A stretch of DNA of 64,000 nt from an uncultured Nitrososphaerales archaeon (GTDB lineage: Archaea > Thermoproteota > Nitrososphaeria > Nitrososphaerales > Nitrososphaeraceae). Positions 46,813-58,560 of this stretch are shown here, in pieces; the stretch's first letter is position 1; every line of letters starts with the position of its first letter. The position numbers were made by a program, and so were the translations under genes. The notes beneath the pieces are model-generated. The model saw nothing but the letters and a program-made list of their open reading frames with translations, was not told the origin of the DNA and did no database searches. The stretch spans positions 288,001 through 352,000 of the forward strand of contig CAVQMO010000012.1 of assembly GCA_963713605.1 (NCBI GenBank), given 5' to 3'.

Positions 46813-47079
46813 CTACCTATAGGCATGACTTATCCTACGATCGTCGTCATCATCATCAGATGATGCTGCCGCTGCTGCCGCTGCTGCCGAACTATCCCCT
46901 GCCGCTGCCGCTGCTGCCGCTGCTGCCGCTGCTGCCGAACTATCCCCTGCCGCTGCCGCTGCTGCCGCTGATCCGCCACTTGCTCCAGCAGATGCAAATG
47001 CTTGTTCTAAGGATACATTAACTCCTATCATTGCTGTAATTACGACTACAGCTAAAATTACCGGTATACTTCTATTCAT
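46813..47079 (-). CDS. Small secreted poly-Ala protein
   Basis: Signal peptide ending AFA, then (A)nGDSS repeats and a poly-Asp tail. Confidence 0.7.
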   Translation of the reverse strand: MNRSIPVILAVVVITAMIGVNVSLEQAFASAGASGGSAAAAAAAGDSSAAAAAAAAAAAAGDSSAAAAAAAASSDDDDDDRRISHAYR

Positions 47080-47732
47080 TTAAGGTATAGAAGTAATTCG
47101 AGATATACCAAATAGACGAATACAAGCTCAATAATTATCTTATATAATGTTCATATAGATTTGTCTTGCCAAATCTTAGCTAAAACTTCGAATAGAATGG
47201 ATGAAATAATCCACTTATGACCCGAACTCGCTACACAGATCGGAGCACTACGAAGTCATACAATGTCGACACTATAGACACGGCAACGACCTTGCTCAGC
47301 AAGAACCGTAACCGAAATATCCTTCGTCCTCCGACACATTTGTTATAATGAAACTTTAAGGATAGCTCACCTCTCACCGCAAGTAATTTTGAAGAAGCAA
47401 TGAAGTAGATCAACTAAATAACGCCATAGACGGTGGAACAGATACCCATAAATATGGCCGAATTTGTGGGAATTTTAACAGTGAATGGAAAAAAAATAGG
47501 ACATGTGATGTATAATATTTGACTAGCTGAAGCAAATGCTATGAAGTAAGATAATATCCATCATATACTCTTTTGATAGTCTTATTGATCACACCTGATA
47601 TTATCTTGTTTTTCGAAGATTTGTAGAATTAATACAAAATGTCTGGCATTAAAGATTGCAATTGTAATCAACACATGAATGGTTCGAAGCCAGTACATGC
47701 TAGTGGTACACAGCTTGTTCATTAGACATGTT

Positions 47733-48260
47733 CTAGTCTATGGGCAAATTCTGCTTAAGTTCATTTGCTGATACACCTAGTTGTGTAAGAGCATCTCCTA
47801 GCCCCGCCATCATCTGTCTGGTACTGTTATCTGCAGCTAAAGATCTGTTCTCTGAAATAGCGGCCATTTGCTGACCGGCTCTTGTCAAGTTAATTGCAAA
47901 TGAGTCTAATTCACTTGAAGCGGTTTGTAACTCTGACTTTGCTTCGGATATATTTCCTGTAAACGCGTATTGATAAGCGAGATTCAATGGGGACTGGACT
48001 GACTCAATATTGAATGCATTTCTCATATCATCTACTAGCATTTTTCCTTGAGTCGTAAGTTCATCCTCAAATTGATCCCTCGCATTAGTAATTGCTGCAC
48101 TAAATTGTTCAGCGCCGTCACTGTCAGAGGTAGTAGCCAAACTAGCTTTAAAAGTGCAAAGTGGTGAAAAAATCATCATGGACAGAACTATGAGGCCGAC
48201 AACTGAAGTAGTAGTTTTAAGGGAAAAAGGTTTAGAATTCAAGATACAGTATTGATACAT
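47733..48260 (-). CDS. Secreted helical hypothetical protein
   Basis: Hydrophobic N-terminus, amphipathic helices, TATA tttaaat upstream. Confidence 0.6.
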   Translation of the reverse strand: MYQYCILNSKPFSLKTTTSVVGLIVLSMMIFSPLCTFKASLATTSDSDGAEQFSAAITNARDQFEDELTTQGKMLVDDMRNAFNIESVQSPLNLAYQYAFTGNISEAKSELQTASSELDSFAINLTRAGQQMAAISENRSLAADNSTRQMMAGLGDALTQLGVSANELKQNLPID

Positions 48261-48593
48261 GTAGGCTTCTAATTAAATATACTATCACGCATTTAAATTA
48301 CCTGTAGACTGAAAATAAAAAAGATGATGGTAGAGTCTTCTCTTTGACGCCATCCTGCATACTTTTGAAGGAAACTATCTTTCGTCATGGGCTGCCGTGT
48401 TGTATTATTGTAACTGTCATTCTGGTTGTTTGTAACTCCTAATTATAGTCTGATAACACCTTACACAGTACGAGCTACCTTTATAATAAAAGATTGTAGG
48501 GTGTACTTTTTCACATTCTACACATGCTATTTCTTGAGTCACCAATTACATATCACCATGCTATAGCTTCTGAAGTAGAAGAGTATTGCTATG

Positions 48594-48900
48594 TTAGTAT
48601 GGTGAGCTAGCTTTTGTCTCGTCAAACCATTCTTTTGTCTTTTGTATTAATTGTTCTAAAGATGATTTTCTGTGGATACGGTTATTCTTCATGGCTTTAA
48701 TTTCTATCAATACCTCATCAAGGTAACGTTTAATATCCTCATCATCAACAGATGTGCTTATCCCAGTTTTAACCTCCGTTAAGGTCCTAGTCCTTTTGGA
48801 GAACCTTATTACCATCTGTATTTCTTGTTCCAGTTCAGCACTTCCTATAGCGTCCAGAAATAGGATTTCTTATTTTCCTACCCCTTTTTGTTCTACTAGC
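48594..48900 (-). pseudogene. C-terminal fragment of a thaumarchaeal hypothetical protein
   Basis: FLDAIGSAELEQEIQMVIRFSK...TGISTSVDDEDIKRYLDEVLIEIK with an upstream stop. Confidence 0.4.
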
Positions 48901-49076
48901 ATCGCTTTGCCACTTGAATCAACCGTAATACCTACAACAATCTATACAATTTGACATACAACAAGCATATTAGAACGTAGAACCATATCACGGGATATGA
49001 TATCTAAAACTCTTGTCGCTATGGATTATGCTATAAAGTTCATAGCGATGATTTGCGAAGAGCAATCGTACCAGAA

Positions 49077-50761
49077 ATGACCTCTGGGAACAATATACGC
49101 AGAGGACTTCCTCTAACCAGCTCTCGCATTGAGAAGATATTTCCGAAATTAACTCAGGCTCAGGTTAGTCGTATTGCGGCACATGGACATGTACGCTCAG
49201 GTACAGTCTGGTGAAGTGCTAATCGAGCAGGGAGAAAAATCGGTACCGTTCTTTGTCGTAATCACAGGCGAAGTTGAGATTGTACGCCCCTCTGGTGCTC
49301 ATGAGACCCTTGTGACTGTCCATGGTTCTGGTGAATTCACAGGAGAGGTTAACATGCTCTCCGGCCGCCGGTCTTTAATTCGGGCACGTGCTATTAAGCC
49401 ATGTAAAGTAATCGAATTGGACCACAAACAAATGCTGAATTTGGTACAGACTGACGCTGAACTCAGCGATATATTGATGAGGGCATTCATCTTACGTAGA
49501 GTGGAGCTAATAGCTGCTGGTGTTGGAGACATTGTCCTCGTAGGGTCAGCATATTCGGCAGGTACGCTCCGGATCAAAGAGTTTCTGATGCGCAATGGAC
49601 ATCCGTACTCCTATATAGATCTAGAACGCGATCCTGACGTACAGAATCTGTTGGATAGTTTTCAAATTTTTACCAACGAAATACCTGTGTTGATCTGTAG
49701 AGGCCAACTGGTCCTCCGAAATCCTAGTAACCAAGAAATTGCAGACTGTCTTGGCTTCAACGAATCTATAGACCCAACTCAATTGCGTGATCTCGTTGTT
49801 ATTGGAGCTGGTCCATCAGGACTGGCTGCTGCCAGTATATGGTTCTTCAGAAGGACTGGACGTTCTTGTGCTGGAAACAAGCTCGCCTGGTGGTCAGGCT
49901 GGTTCAAGCTCAAGAATCGAGAATTACTTGGGATTTCCTACAGGAATCTCAGGTCAGGAGCTAGCATCTAGGGCGTATCTTCAGGCTCAAAAGTTCGGTG
50001 CAGATATGCTTACTGCCAAGGCCACGCGACTCATCTGTGATCGCAGACCGTATATCATCGAGCTTGAAAATGCGGTTAGAATTCCTACTCGTACCGTTTT
50101 GATTGCCACTGGTGTTCAATATCGAAAGCTACCATTGGAAAACCTCTTACGCTTTGAAGGTGCAGGAGTCTACTATGGTGCGACCTTTGTGGAAGCGCAG
50201 TTATGTGGAGGAGAGGAAGTAATTGTGGTTGGCGGAGGAAATTCAGCTGGTCAAGCTGCAGTGTTTCTGGCACAGACTGCAAAACGTGTACATATGCTAG
50301 TCAGATCCAGAGGATTGGTTGCGAGCATGTCACGATACCTGATTCGTAGGATAGAGAATACTCCTACGATCATATTGCGACCACAAACAGAGATTGTAGA
50401 ATTGGAAGGGAGCGACCATCTTAATTCTGTTTACTGGCGAAATAATCAAACAGGAAAGACCGAGAAGCACGAAATCAGGCACATATTCGTCATGACCGGT
50501 GCCGATCCGAACACTGGTTGGCTTAACGGCTGCCTTGCGCTTGACTCCAAAGGCTTCATAAACGCTGGTCCCGATCTATTACCAGAAAATCTGAGCACAG
50601 CAGGCTGGCCTCTTGCGCGGCAACCATATTTGCTTGAAACTAGTTTGCCAGGTGTTTTCGCAGTAGGCGACGTGAGGGGCGGAAGCATCAAACGCGTTGC
50701 ATCTGCAGTCGGTGAAGGATCAATTGCAATCTCATTTGTTCATAAAGTGCTCCAAGAATAG
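49077..50761 (+). CDS. cNMP-binding domain fused to a thioredoxin-reductase-like FAD oxidoreductase (two frameshifts)
   Basis: IFPKLT, GEFTGE cNMP domain; VIGAGPSGLAA, GGQAGSSSRIENYLGFP, GGGNSAGQAA, GDVRGGSIKRVASAVGEG; higher GC. Confidence 0.92.
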
Positions 50762-50981
50762 AATAGAACAACTACTGTCTATTTCTATTATCTGGCTTTA
50801 TCCGGAGTTTATTAGTCTGTGGCATAATCCTCAATGAAGCATTGTCCAAATCGGTTATGTCAAATAATGATTGATAAATATTAATTAGTCCTTCCTGAAG
50901 CCATTTTATCGTAGCATTAGTTTTTAAATGTTATGAAACTTCGACTTATAAAGACCCATTGATGCATCAACAAGGTACAAA

Positions 50982-51215
50982 TTATCTCCATTCCACATCT
51001 GCTTTTATTTCTCTTTCCCATGACATGTCTTGTTTTTCTAAGCGGTAATATTTGATATCAGCTGGTCCGGGATAGCCGGGTAAGTTTGGGTGTCTAATGA
51101 TGATGTGACGCTCATATCCGTCAACTGAGCCAAAGTTTTTGCTGTCGCAATAATAGCATCTTGGGAGGAAAGCTATCTCATGTTTATCAATAAATTCGAT
51201 TCTGCCCATATACAC
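50982..51215 (-). pseudogene. C-terminal C2H2-bearing fragment of a mobile-element protein
   Basis: CYYCD...YERHIIIRHPNLPGYPG.AD. Confidence 0.45.
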
Positions 51216-51404
51216 TTTTCATACTCTTTGAACTAGAACATTTTGCCTAAATTACAAATTGCTTATCAGGTTGTAAGTCCCATGATCATATTAAAGAATT
51301 CAAGCTCATTGAAGAAAGGGAAATAATGTTGGTCGACTTTAGTATTAGCTATCTCAAAAAGAAAGTAAAAAAAAGAAGTTCTTAATTGATTGATTTTTCA
51401 CCAG

Positions 51405-51610
51405 TTACTTTCCTTTTGTAGCATTAAGAATGAAATCGGCGATTTCATTGGGATGTGATACATAAGATGTGTGACTAGCGTTAAGATTAAGAGTAGTAGC
51501 ATTCATTTGTTGGACAAAAGTACGCTGGACTTCTGGAGGTATCATTAGATCGGCGTCGGAAATTTGATACCAGGTTGGTAATTCTTTCCATGCGGGAAGA
51601 CCTGATGGTG
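51405..51610 (-). pseudogene. Alpha/beta-hydrolase C-terminal remnant, copy C
   Basis: PSGLPAWKELPTWYQISDADLMIPPEVQRTFVQQMNATTLNLNASHTSYVSHPNEIADFILNATKGK*. Confidence 0.8.
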
Positions 51611-52246
51611 CAACGAAGTTCGATTGATGGAAAGGCTTCTGTGTAATTGCCAGGTGTAGTGCAAGTCATGCTACATTTTTGGTATACTTTTAGTAATATT
51701 CGCCTGATTTTTATTGTACAGCTAGTTAGTCGTCCCGTTATTGTTGCTGCTGCTTTTCTTGGCTAGAGTTGCATTAATAATTCTGGAAGATATCTAAGCT
51801 TTAATTGCAATAACCTAGAAAACCACATTGAAATCTACTTATGGAATGTGGATAAGCATAACTGTACCTAAGTGCTCACGCTATTTCATACTGTCAGTTG
51901 TTATATTATTACCTTCCTTTGAATCGCGCTTTGGTTGCTGACTTCTCTAATCTGCCGCTGCCCCTTACTTATCCTATATAAAATATTTATGAGTATCTAT
52001 ATCTCATATAACACTAGCCGAAAGGTAGCCAGAAAGCTGGATCTATACCATGATATATCGTTATGTTTTAGACATATCCTGATTGCTGCTGTCTTTTACA
52101 GGAACCACAGAAGTGAGAGAGGGAACTTTAATCTCAGTTATGAGGTTTTTCATTCATCTTTCAACATATCCCTCTCTCCATTTTCCTTAAATTTAACATG
52201 CATGGTCTTAATGACTCACAGGAAGTCAATTTGCAAGCAATTCTAG

Positions 52247-53549
52247 TTATGAAGCATCATTTCTTTTCAATAATTTAAAAGACATGACAAAAACGGCGAA
52301 TATTACTATAGCACTTACTAGAAATGTAGCTGCACCGATTGAATTATATAAAAAGCCACCCAAAGTTAGTCCCAAGATGCTTGCCAAACCTCCAAAACTG
52401 CCTGCAATGCCTTGTACTGCTCCTTGGAGTTTAGATCCTGCACGCCTAGATAATATGGACATGAAAGAGGGCCACATGAGACCATTACCGACTGCAAATA
52501 ATATTACAGCCACGCTGACTGAGACAATATTATTTGATACAAATAAAACAAAGTTTGTACCTAAAATAATGCTACCAATTATGACTAATCTTTCCTCTGA
52601 AAATTTCTTTAATGCTTTACGTAATACAGGACCTTGAATTAAAACCATAATCCCACTTAATACCGCATAAAATATTCCTAGCTGTGTTACTGACCATTTA
52701 AGATCGTTAGCGAGCATGCGTCGGAAAGGCAGCATAATAAATATTAAAGCCAAGAAAAATCAAAAAATATAATACAAGTAAAAAAGGGATATATTTTATT
52801 TTGAAAACATCCCGCAATTTAGATTTTTTAGTTTCTACATCCGAATAGCATTCTCTGCATTCCTGCGAAAAAACTTTTCTAATGGTTTCTTGCTCTGGAA
52901 CTAAAACTTCCTTTGGTGGGAGCTTAGATTCTCTTAATAGAAAAACTATTACAAATATTGTGATTAAAGATAAGATTAATGCTGCTAAGACAGGCAATAT
53001 CGCTCCATAAATAGTCCCTCCCATAATACCAGCTATTGCAGGGCCTATGATAAACCCAAGGTTAGAAGATATTGCCATTTTTCCAAAGTTCTTACTCCTA
53101 GTGGAATCTGATGAAAGATCTGAAAGATATGCATTTGCAATAGAGATATTTCCTCCAGTAAGTCCATCAATAGCTCTTGCAAGAAATAAGAGAAGCAATG
53201 GAACAATAATAACAAATGTTCCTAGGAAAGGGATATAAATATCGAAAGATTCTTTGGCGGATAAAAATAAAGCAAAAAGGAATATCAACCAACCAATTGA
53301 TGTTCCTATGTTACTTAATAGAAGAATTTTCTTCCTTCCATATGTATCAGACCACTTTCCTAATATAGGAGATCCTATAAGCTGGAAAGCAGGATAGGTA
53401 GCAGCAAGTAGACCATAAACTATAGCATTACCTCCAAACTTCATAACTACAAACACCAGGAAAGGTAGAACAATACTAAATCCCAGAGTACCTACAAAAT
53501 TAACGAGTAATATAGGGAAAAGCGAAGGCTGTTTAACTAGACTAGTCAT
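52247..53549 (-). CDS. MFS drug:H+ antiporter (TetA/DHA1-like), one frameshift at ~52715
   Basis: GKWSDTYGRKKILL motif A, RAIDGLTGGN, GFIIGPAIAG motif C, many TM helices. Confidence 0.92.
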
Positions 53550-53870
53550 ATTTTTAGAGAATTACATTGTTGCATAAATCTTTTTATTCTTTGGAATATT
53601 CAATAAATTTGAGTTAAGTGGAAAATTGTCACCGTAATGTAAGTTCTTCCCCAGATGGTGTCTTAGTATCATAAAATATCATTATCCATAAAGCGCACAT
53701 CTCTTGATCTTCTCTGATTTCACAGCATCATCCTTAAATTAGTAAATATTTGATAATCATTATCACGCCGTCAGGATTACGACTCAAAATCATTTTTGAT
53801 CCACCATTATATACCTGGTCTATTGACTCAAGAGGTTTTATTAATCTCAACTGTGTGAGTAAACGAATCC

Positions 53871-54138
53871 ATGAATAATGATGAACGAGATTTTGATTGG
53901 GTGAAGTGATAACCAAACCTGTTTATACAAGCGACAACAAACATGTGGGTCACGTGGATGGACTAGAAGCGAATCAATTTATTGTGAAAGATAAGATAAT
54001 CATGCCAAATACTATAGGATAGATAGGGAGCTATTAGAAACGTATCAAGACGGAAAAGTAAAGCTGAAAATTAATGAGCAAGAGCTAAAATCAAAATATG
54101 AAAAAGACAGTCCAGGGTATTTTAGTTACGGTGCATAG
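53871..54138 (+). CDS. Small PRC-barrel/DUF2171-like protein (frameshifts)
   Basis: VITKPVYTSDNKHVGHVDGLEANQFIVKD..YYRID..YQDGKVKLKI..YEKDSP. Confidence 0.55.
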
Positions 54139-54527
54139 AGTTAAACTGATTACTGGCCAGAGACTAGTCAGCATTACGTACTAAAGTAAGATAAGCTTTC
54201 AATTTGCGAATCGACCAACAATAATACCTACGAGACTAAATAGATTACATATCGCATAGACACATCTACTTAAATTAGTTTGCGACTTTAGATCATTTAG
54301 CAGAAAACGACAATATTAAACAGCAAGCACTGCTATTGGTTCGTCGAAAGTTGCTGTCTGAACTGTTCACCCCTGGGGTCATTTAATAACTCATCCGCGC
54401 TATCTCTGTACTCTTTATAGATAAAGACGAAATGAACTTAGTTCTATAGTCATGCCCACATCCTTTTTTGGGCCAATTTGCATTGGCCTCTAAATGACTC
54501 ATTTGTAGAGATGGGTATTATTTCAGT

Positions 54528-54672
54528 ATCATGAGATAGATTCAAAACCCTCTGGAGCATATTTCCTAAAAAATCCTTCTGCGATTTGACTTCTACCAGC
54601 ATTCTGTACACAGACGAAGAGTATAGTTTTCTTTGTTTTAATTTTTGATTTAGTACCGAATGAAAATTTCAT
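54528..54672 (-). pseudogene. arsC: Truncated LMW-PTP-type arsenate reductase
   Basis: KTILFVCVQNAGRSQIAEGFFRKYAPEGFESIS*; lies directly downstream of arsM. Confidence 0.75.
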
Positions 54673-54694
54673 TGGTAATCACGATTCTTGGTTT

Positions 54695-55520
54695 TCATTT
54701 ATCTTTTATTGCTTTTATAACCAGACTGCTAATCCTTCGATTATCAACCTGATCTCCTTCAGTATATATTTTTTCATCTAATACCTCTACATTTTCAAAT
54801 CCGCCTTTTTTGATGCTAGCAATGTAAATATCCTTAGTCAGTGCACCATCAATGCAACTGCACCACTTTTCTGGATCTATCAATGAAGTGTCTTCTGCTA
54901 TTTGTTTATCCGTAACAAGATCTGAGATAACCATTCTGCCAGTTCCGTTGGGCTTGAGAATTCTATATATTTCTCTAAATGTTTTTACTTTATCTGTCGT
55001 TAAATTGATTACGCAGTTGCTTATTACGACATCTACACTGTTACTATCAACAGGAATTCTTTCTTCTATATCTCCTTTCCTGAATTCAGCATTGGTGTAA
55101 CCATTATCGGCTGCATTCTTTCTTGCTTTTTCCAACATTTCATCAGTCATATCTATGCCTATTACTCTTCCAGAACCCTTGACTACGTTAGCTGCGAGAA
55201 ATACATCAATACCTGCACCCGAACCTAAATCAACGACCGTATCACCTTCCTTTATAAAAGCAAACTTTGTAGGCGTTCCACATCCAGCTCCAAGGATAGA
55301 CGCTTCTGGAATTGAATTCAGCTCTTTTGAGTTATATCCGACTAGTTCAGATACTTGAGTAACTGACTGTGAAGGTTGCAGAATTGCATTATTATTTCCT
55401 GAGCAACATCCCCCTCCACTTTCAAAACTAACTGAAGGACCACAACATGAGTCACCTGTCAGAGCTACCTTTCCATATCTTTCCTTTACCTTTTTCCTTT
55501 ATTTTTAGTGAATCAATCAT
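54695..55520 (-). CDS. arsM: Arsenite S-adenosylmethionine methyltransferase (frameshift at an A-run near the start)
   Basis: KVKERYGKVA..SCC..GCC, LGAGCGTP, VDLGSGAGID, GIDMTDEML, DVVISNCVINL, WCSCIDGAL. Confidence 0.9.
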
Positions 55521-55823
55521 AATATAGTTTACTAGAGAAACTATTTAAGTTGTCAAGAGAAGCTAGGTAAAGTAAGTGTAAAAATGGAAACTAATGCCAG
55601 ATCTAACAAACCGAGATGCAAAGTCTGCTGTAACATGCCCTCACATTTTGGACTCTACAAACACAATTCTGTTTAAGATAAGTTTATGGTAGAGTGCTCG
55701 AAATTGGCAAATGAAAATTTCAGTCTAGTTGTTAGTTCCAATAAATCTTATTTACAATTCCAACCACTATATGTTCTTGTATCTACTCGATACATTCTAT
55801 AGTATCCACAACCAAGATTCACC

Positions 55824-56264
55824 ATGGTAAAGATCCTTCCTCATGTAATGAGAAATATCAATGAGTTTAACATACCTGCTGGAGTTGAATATGGATATGA
55901 GATATTATATTTTGGTGTAAATTTGATACTTATGTTTGAGTATAAACTGTCCTTTAACATAGAGGTAAAAAAGTCAGACTATAATGGTAGTGACGATATT
56001 GAAGTTTTAATAATTAGTAGAAAAGATGTTTCGGCGTGGAAAAAAGGCAATGGTGTTAATAATAAGGATATAAAGCCGTATTATAGTAATAATGGGGAAA
56101 GTATCAACGATATCTTCAGACCGTCGATAAGCGATGCATATGCATTTATTCTAAGCAATAGAGCTTCAATCAATAATAACTCAATGATAAAAGTAGTTGA
56201 CGTTACTCTTATCCATTCTTGGCAGCAAGAAATAAAAGAATCACAATTAAAAAATGTGCCATAA
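55824..56264 (+). CDS. Hypothetical beta-rich protein
   Basis: 146-aa ORF. Confidence 0.55.
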   Translation: MVKILPHVMRNINEFNIPAGVEYGYEILYFGVNLILMFEYKLSFNIEVKKSDYNGSDDIEVLIISRKDVSAWKKGNGVNNKDIKPYYSNNGESINDIFRPSISDAYAFILSNRASINNNSMIKVVDVTLIHSWQQEIKESQLKNVP

Positions 56265-56406
56265 ATAAATCATTTGAATGACGTATATACAAGTTCACTA
56301 GATCCTGATTTTAGCATTATTGATACTTTCTACTAAAGAAGCTGAAGCGCAAGACGAAGGAATTGCAAACGAGGTAATATCTTTAAATTGTTAATAAACC
56401 AATCAT

Positions 56407-56670
56407 ATGATAATGATAAAGTCTGAGTTAAGGAAAATCCTTGATATCGTCGCAGACTTATCGCAGAATGACGTTAAAAAGGATGTACTTGAGACTGAGA
56501 TAGTTTCACATAGTAGACTTTCAGATTTAGAGGTAAGGAATCATTTAAATGAATTGCAGTGGCTGCATCTAGTTAAAGAAGCACTGCCTAGACCAAACCA
56601 CGCAGAGTTTAGCTTATGGAATGTAACGGAAAAAGGATTGCAAGAAACATCTCGTCATGACCCTACATAG
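56407..56670 (+). CDS. Winged-helix domain protein
   Basis: EVRNHLNEL..L.LV....WNVTEKG; TATA ctttaaat upstream. Confidence 0.6.
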   Translation: MIMIKSELRKILDIVADLSQNDVKKDVLETEIVSHSRLSDLEVRNHLNELQWLHLVKEALPRPNHAEFSLWNVTEKGLQETSRHDPT

Positions 56671-56832
56671 CCATAATCTTGCTTGTCTATCAGCTAATAG
56701 AGCTGTTGGTTTATGCATAGAAATATGGTAATCAAGAAACAATTGTGTCATATATTAGAAGTCAATTCGAGGAAAGCTTGACATACCGATAACAAATTTC
56801 ACTGGTACTATGAGCGGAAACGTTTGCAGAGT

Positions 56833-57258
56833 CTATACCTTAGCAACACACCTAATCTCGATCATAAGCTCAGGGAATGCAAGACGCTGAATTTGTATGA
56901 TAGTGCTTGCGACAACAGGAATTCCAGAAAAGATATCTTGTCTGCATTTGACTGCTGCAGCAAATGCTGCATCCATATTTGTCACAAAGAGTATTTCGTC
57001 GACTATATTTTCCATCTTTGCGCCATACTTTGCGAGCACCTTCTTGATATTGGTGTATGCCTGACGCATCTGAGCCTCCATATCTCCGTGACCGACGATA
57101 TTGCCCCTGTCGTCATGGCTTACTTGACCTGATACATAGATGGTGTTCTCAACTTTCACTGCCTGGGCGTAACCGTATTCTTTCTCCCAAGGCATACCAA
57201 GACCCTTAGCCTCTTTATTGATGGTCAAAATGTGTTTCCCAAGTATTAATTGTAACAC
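56833..57258 (-). CDS. RidA/YjgF/UK114 family protein
   Basis: WEKEYGYAQAVKV..TIYVSGQ, ASTIIQIQRLAFPELMIEI. Confidence 0.9.
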   Translation of the reverse strand: MLQLILGKHILTINKEAKGLGMPWEKEYGYAQAVKVENTIYVSGQVSHDDRGNIVGHGDMEAQMRQAYTNIKKVLAKYGAKMENIVDEILFVTNMDAAFAAAVKCRQDIFSGIPVVASTIIQIQRLAFPELMIEIRCVAKV

Positions 57259-57334
57259 TTCCTAGTATGTAAGCTAATTAGTAAGAGTAGCGCGCTCAGT
57301 TGAGGACCCTATCTAAGGATACCAGGTCGATACC

Positions 57335-57501
57335 CTAATTGAATAATTCCTTATCGTAGTTGAACCATACTGGTTGAATATTAGGATCCCCCGTCGTCAT
57401 CAATAGTACCGATTTGCAAATTCAGCTTATTTTTCGAGAAATGTATCGACTTCTTCTTTGCTCATAGAAGGAGTACCGGAAATTGCAATAATGACCTTCA
57501 T
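57335..57501 (-). pseudogene. N-terminal remnant of a pyridoxamine-5'-phosphate-oxidase-like protein
   Basis: MSKEEVDTFL/KLNLQIGTIDDDGDPNIQPVWFNYD..*. Confidence 0.65.
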
Positions 57502-57771
57502 ACCACTGATCCGGAAGACATGCAGAAAAGAGTTACTCCTCACTCGGAATTCTTCAATGTACTTAAACAGGTTGTTCGAATATATCAGAATGTTTGATTA
57601 TAATCTTGCTCAAAATCATCAGGGAAGTAATTCAGTGCATAAGGAGTATTTCTGATTTCAAACCATTCTTCCTAAAATGCCTGGTCAAAAAGTGATAACT
57701 AGGAGATTTGGATCGTTAGTTAAAATTTTTTATATAGTCGATCATATATCTCATTGTTATGTATCACAGAA

Positions 57772-58315
57772 TATGAACACGGTCATTTTTTGTATGGCTT
57801 CTACTAAATTCGTTATCGCAGTCAGTTTGACAATTATTAGCTTTCTCCTGATAGTGTCAGGAGAAGAGATTCTTGCTCAGCAGCGTGGTACTATTTCCAT
57901 AGATCGAGCTGTTGCCCTTCCACTCACTACTGCAGAAGGCAATCAAGTAAAAGTTGTAGTAAATTACGATATAAATGACGAATCACTCCTAGGGCAGCGA
58001 GTTAATGCTATAATGGGTATTTATGATCGTCAAACTGGTTCCCTATTAAAGCTATCATCATTTCCAAACGGATTTGTTTTAAATAATACAAAGGGAACAA
58101 CACAGTTGGCAACTACTTTAACTGATAATATCCTACAAAATATATCAGCAATAATTACGCTTACCAATGCTGACAAGTCAGAAAAGTACACTAACGATGT
58201 TAGAGCTGATCTAAATTTAAGGACAATACTGCCTACCACTCTACCACCTTTATTGCAGGATATTCCAGCTTCAGAACCCGGAGTTGGAGCTGAGGAAGAG
58301 GAAGATGATTCATAA
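57772..58315 (+). CDS. Secreted hypothetical protein
   Basis: Signal peptide; GNQVKVVVNY..VNAIM.IY..LLKLSSFPNGF..G..QLATT. Confidence 0.7.
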
Positions 58316-58366
58316 TTCATCTGATAATGGATCTGGTTCAGAAGAATAATTGTATGTCTACTGCTT

Positions 58367-58434
58367 TGTACAAGAGAAGAAATTGAGAAGGCTAAAGCTT
58401 CACCATCATTTGAGATAGAGTACAATCTCAAGGC
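58367..58434 (+). pseudogene. Possible terminase large subunit remnant
   Basis: TREEIEKAKASPSFEIEYNLK resembles, from recall, a segment of Nitrososphaerales terminase-like proteins. Confidence 0.4.
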
Positions 58435-58560
58435 TTGTGGGATATACCATCTGATTGTCATAGACTAAGCTTGTAGCCTAGCGGCTATCCTAGTGAATCT
58501 AGAAATGTCGGTACCGTCAAAGATTATTATGTTATAAAAACACTATTACTATAGAGAAGT

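Noticed and set aside
34250..47000. CRISPR array
   Set aside because: The repeats are in-frame coding microsatellites without unique spacers, and there are no cas genes.
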